Shown one piece after another: positions 61,514 to 64,000 of a stretch of 64,000 nt of DNA (position 1 is the stretch's first letter; every line of letters begins with the position of its first letter). A program made the position numbers and the translations under genes. This stretch comes from Alphaproteobacteria bacterium. GTDB lineage: Bacteria > Pseudomonadota > Alphaproteobacteria > VGEJ01. The DNA is taken from positions 653,777 to 717,776 of the forward strand of contig CBDFKF010000003.1 in NCBI GenBank assembly GCA_965248765.1, written 5' to 3'. A model generated the notes under the pieces. That model did not search any database and was not told where the DNA came from. It saw only the letters and a list, made by a program, of their open reading frames with translations.

Positions 61514-63316
61514 TCAGGCGCGCGCGTGACGCGCTTTCTCGGTTGCCGCCTCGTCGATGGCCATGGCCTCGGTAATGATGACGCCGTAGTCCCGCTCGGC
61601 CGTGGCGACCGAGATGTAGCCGTCGAGAACGTTCTCAAGAACCAACTTCGGTTCGCGCTCTATTGGGTTTCCGTAGCCGCCGCCGCACGGTCCGACCTGG
61701 ATGATACGATCGCCTGCAGCGGCGGGTAGATGGGGGATCTTCGATGGGAGCTCGACCACGTCACCGTTGGCGCGTTTCAGGATGAGCGCGGCGTGGTAGC
61801 CATCCGCGCCGCCATCGAAGCCCCAGGGCGGATGTTCGTGGCCCTCGCCCTCGACCGAGAAACCGCCGTCCTCCAACCACTCTGCCTCGCGGATCGAACC
61901 AACCCCGCCGCGCCATTTACCGGGGGCGCAAGCATCGTAGCGAAGCTCGTATTGATGAACCCTCAGAGGCAGATGGGATTCGAGATCCTCGATGGGGTTG
62001 TTGCGGGTGTTGGTGAACAGAATATCGACGGCATCCATCCCGTCCTTGCCGTAACGCCCGCCGTAGCTCCCCTCGTGGATCTCCATGTGCACCCAGTGAG
62101 TCTCGCCGCGCAGACCGCTGAACGCGATGACCTCGAGATTGCCGACGCCCGCGCTGACCTGCGTGGGTACCGCTTCGGCCAATGCCTTCATCATGGTGCT
62201 GGCCATCTGAATGCCGGGGCAACAGCGGGCGATCGTCGGCGCGGGAAAGATCGGGTTCACCAAAGTGCCCCTGGGCGCGACGATGGTGATCGGTCTGGTA
62301 AGCCCCGCGTTCTGGGGAATCTTCCCGTGGATCGCTGAGTCGAGCAGGATCGAGCGCAGCGTCATCCACACGCCGCAGTCGACCGTGCCCTCGAGCGGCA
62401 TGTTGATAGGCCGATCGTCGACCTGCGGTGCGGTGCCGGTGAAATCAACGGTCAGCTCGCTGCCATCCACGGTGACGGTGACCTCAATGGGCAGATCGCG
62501 CCGCGCCGGATCGTCGCTGTCGAGATAGCCGTCGATCTTAGTTTTGGCGTTGTAGGAGCCATCGGGCAGCTTCTCGATCGCAGCCCGCATCATCCGCTCC
62601 GAGTAGTCCATCAGCTCCTCGGACGCGGCTTCCACCAGCTCCAGGCCATACTGCTCGATCAATGCAACGTAGCGCTCGGCACCGATGTGGCAGGCGGCGA
62701 TTTGCGCCTCCATGTCTCCCACCACCAGATCGGAAGCGCGTATGTTGTCACGCACCATGTGCCAAACGGCGATGTTCTTGACACCGCGCTCATAGACTTT
62801 GAGCGCGCGGAACTGCAGCCCCTCGGCGTACGCATCCATTGCATCGACTATGCCCGCGCTTCCAGGCGTGAGGGCACCGATGTCGAGATGGTGCGCCGCG
62901 GTGAACGAGAAGCCGGCAAGCTCGTCGCGATAGAAGACCGGCACCACGAAACCGACATCAGGCCCATGCGATGCGCCGGCATACGCGTCGTTGTGCATGA
63001 TCACATCGCCCGGTTCGATCGCCTCGCCGCGCTCATCCAGGATCCGCCGCAGTCCTCTGATATAGCCAGGCGCCGGACCGGACTGGAGCGGCGTGCTTTG
63101 CGGCGTTTCTGCGATCTGATGTCCGGCCGCATTGATCAGGGCGGCGCCGAAGTCCTCGGATTCGCGGATGATGCTCGAATGCGACATGCGCATCAGCTTG
63201 AAGCCCATCTCGATCGCGATGTTTTCGAGCGCGCCCTGGATGACGTTGGCGGTGACCGGATCGATTCGATTGGACCCCGGTTGGGCAGCCTTCTCCGATT
63301 CAGCAACCGACGTCAT
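61514..63316 (-). CDS. hyuB: HyuB paralog 8
   Basis: 600 aa. DPVTANVIQGALENI... HNDAYAGASHGPD... CGGGYGNPIEREP. Confidence 0.9.
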   Translation of the reverse strand: MTSVAESEKAAQPGSNRIDPVTANVIQGALENIAIEMGFKLMRMSHSSIIRESEDFGAALINAAGHQIAETPQSTPLQSGPAPGYIRGLRRILDERGEAIEPGDVIMHNDAYAGASHGPDVGFVVPVFYRDELAGFSFTAAHHLDIGALTPGSAGIVDAMDAYAEGLQFRALKVYERGVKNIAVWHMVRDNIRASDLVVGDMEAQIAACHIGAERYVALIEQYGLELVEAASEELMDYSERMMRAAIEKLPDGSYNAKTKIDGYLDSDDPARRDLPIEVTVTVDGSELTVDFTGTAPQVDDRPINMPLEGTVDCGVWMTLRSILLDSAIHGKIPQNAGLTRPITIVAPRGTLVNPIFPAPTIARCCPGIQMASTMMKALAEAVPTQVSAGVGNLEVIAFSGLRGETHWVHMEIHEGSYGGRYGKDGMDAVDILFTNTRNNPIEDLESHLPLRVHQYELRYDACAPGKWRGGVGSIREAEWLEDGGFSVEGEGHEHPPWGFDGGADGYHAALILKRANGDVVELPSKIPHLPAAAGDRIIQVGPCGGGYGNPIEREPKLVLENVLDGYISVATAERDYGVIITEAMAIDEAATEKARHARA

Positions 63317-63468
63317 CGCTATTTCCTTCCTGTGCCGGCGCAGCCAGCGCGCACACGAACATTAAGGAACCCGTGGCGAAACGCGTCAAGCCTCGCCGGC
63401 CCGGCACCAGTTGAATCGGTGCCGCCAGAGAGGCATGTTCGAGGCGGCCATCATTGAGGGCGGTCGCG

Positions 63469-64000
63469 ATGAACGCGCAACATACTTCGGCCAACAAGGC
63501 GAGACGCTTGCCATTGATTCCGGCGATTCTCCTGGTGACTGGAGGGATCGCCTATGGAAGCCTGTTTACGGCGAACAAGATCGCCATCGAGGCCGGCTTC
63601 CCGTTCATCAGCTACACCTTTTGGCAAGCTCTGGTCGCCGGTATCGCACTATTTGCATACGCTCTCGTTAGATCCGATCTGCCCAGGCTGACGTTTCGCC
63701 ACCTGCGGCAATATGTGCTGACTAGCACGCTGGGTTTGGTCTTCCCCGTGCTCGTGCTCACCTTCATCGCGGGCAAGCTGCCGGCCGGTGTCGTCACGCT
63801 GATCATCGCGCTGGCGCCGCCGCTGACGTACGTGTTCGCGTTTCTGTTGCGTCTCGAGAAGTTTCGCTGGCCAAGCATTTTGGGGGTTGTGTTCGGCTTC
63901 GCCGGAATCTTGTTGATTGTGCTGCCTGAGGAAAGCCTGCCCTCACCCGATATGGCGATCTGGATTGTCGTCGCGCTGCTCGTCCCGCTGTCGCTAGCCA
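63469..64000 (+). CDS. DMT-superfamily (EamA-like) transporter, 3'-partial at window edge (not in the supplied ORF track because no stop occurs before the window ends)
   Basis: Own translation from the ATG at ~63469: MNAQHTSANKARRLPLIPAILLVTGGIAYGSLFTANKIAIEAGFPFISYTFWQALVAGIALFAYALV... A continuous run of TM helices with no stop to base 64000. Confidence 0.7.
   Translation, partial: MNAQHTSANKARRLPLIPAILLVTGGIAYGSLFTANKIAIEAGFPFISYTFWQALVAGIALFAYALVRSDLPRLTFRHLRQYVLTSTLGLVFPVLVLTFIAGKLPAGVVTLIIALAPPLTYVFAFLLRLEKFRWPSILGVVFGFAGILLIVLPEESLPSPDMAIWIVVALLVPLSLA

Overview
This is a high-GC (about 64-65%) alphaproteobacterial, Rhizobiales-like accessory or catabolic region. The first ~14 kb is an IS scar zone. 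It holds a 5'-partial Y-family polymerase gene, two decayed IS1182-family elements, two inverted IS21 5' fragments and one intact IS21 (istA/istB). It also holds a frameshifted hydantoinase-B pseudogene, a TPR-protein pseudogene, an alpha/beta hydrolase and arfB. Next comes a frameshifted OYE/FadH-like flavoenzyme gene and a PotFGHI-type polyamine ABC transporter. The remaining ~42 kb is dominated by the hydantoinase/oxoprolinase (HyuA/HyuB) superfamily. I count 8 apparently intact HyuB-like genes plus 1 pseudogene, 4 full-length HyuA-like genes, and 1 short HyuA-like gene paired with a DUF917 gene. They are organised in four distinct modules. (I) A minus-strand operon encodes a Dpp-type peptide ABC importer, an M19 dipeptidase, and three tandem HyuB paralogs around a single HyuA. 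(II) A divergent plus-strand hyuB-hyuA-hyuB module is followed by a MetE-like zinc methyltransferase-fold protein, and a convergent tungsten/molybdenum-pterin aldehyde:ferredoxin-oxidoreductase (AOR) family gene follows. (III) A hyuA-hyuB operon is translationally coupled to a PLP-dependent group-II decarboxylase, next to a tRNA-Arg(CCG). (IV) A hyuB-hyuA-hyuB module is followed by a small Cys-rich zinc-ribbon gamma subunit, giving an acetone/acetophenone-carboxylase-like composition. The window also contains sodC, a quinone-oxidoreductase-like MDR dehydrogenase, recQ, a MAPEG pseudogene and a partial DMT transporter. I recognised no transcriptional regulator gene anywhere in the window. All calls rest on reading the ORF translations and the sequence by eye. 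No database search was possible.
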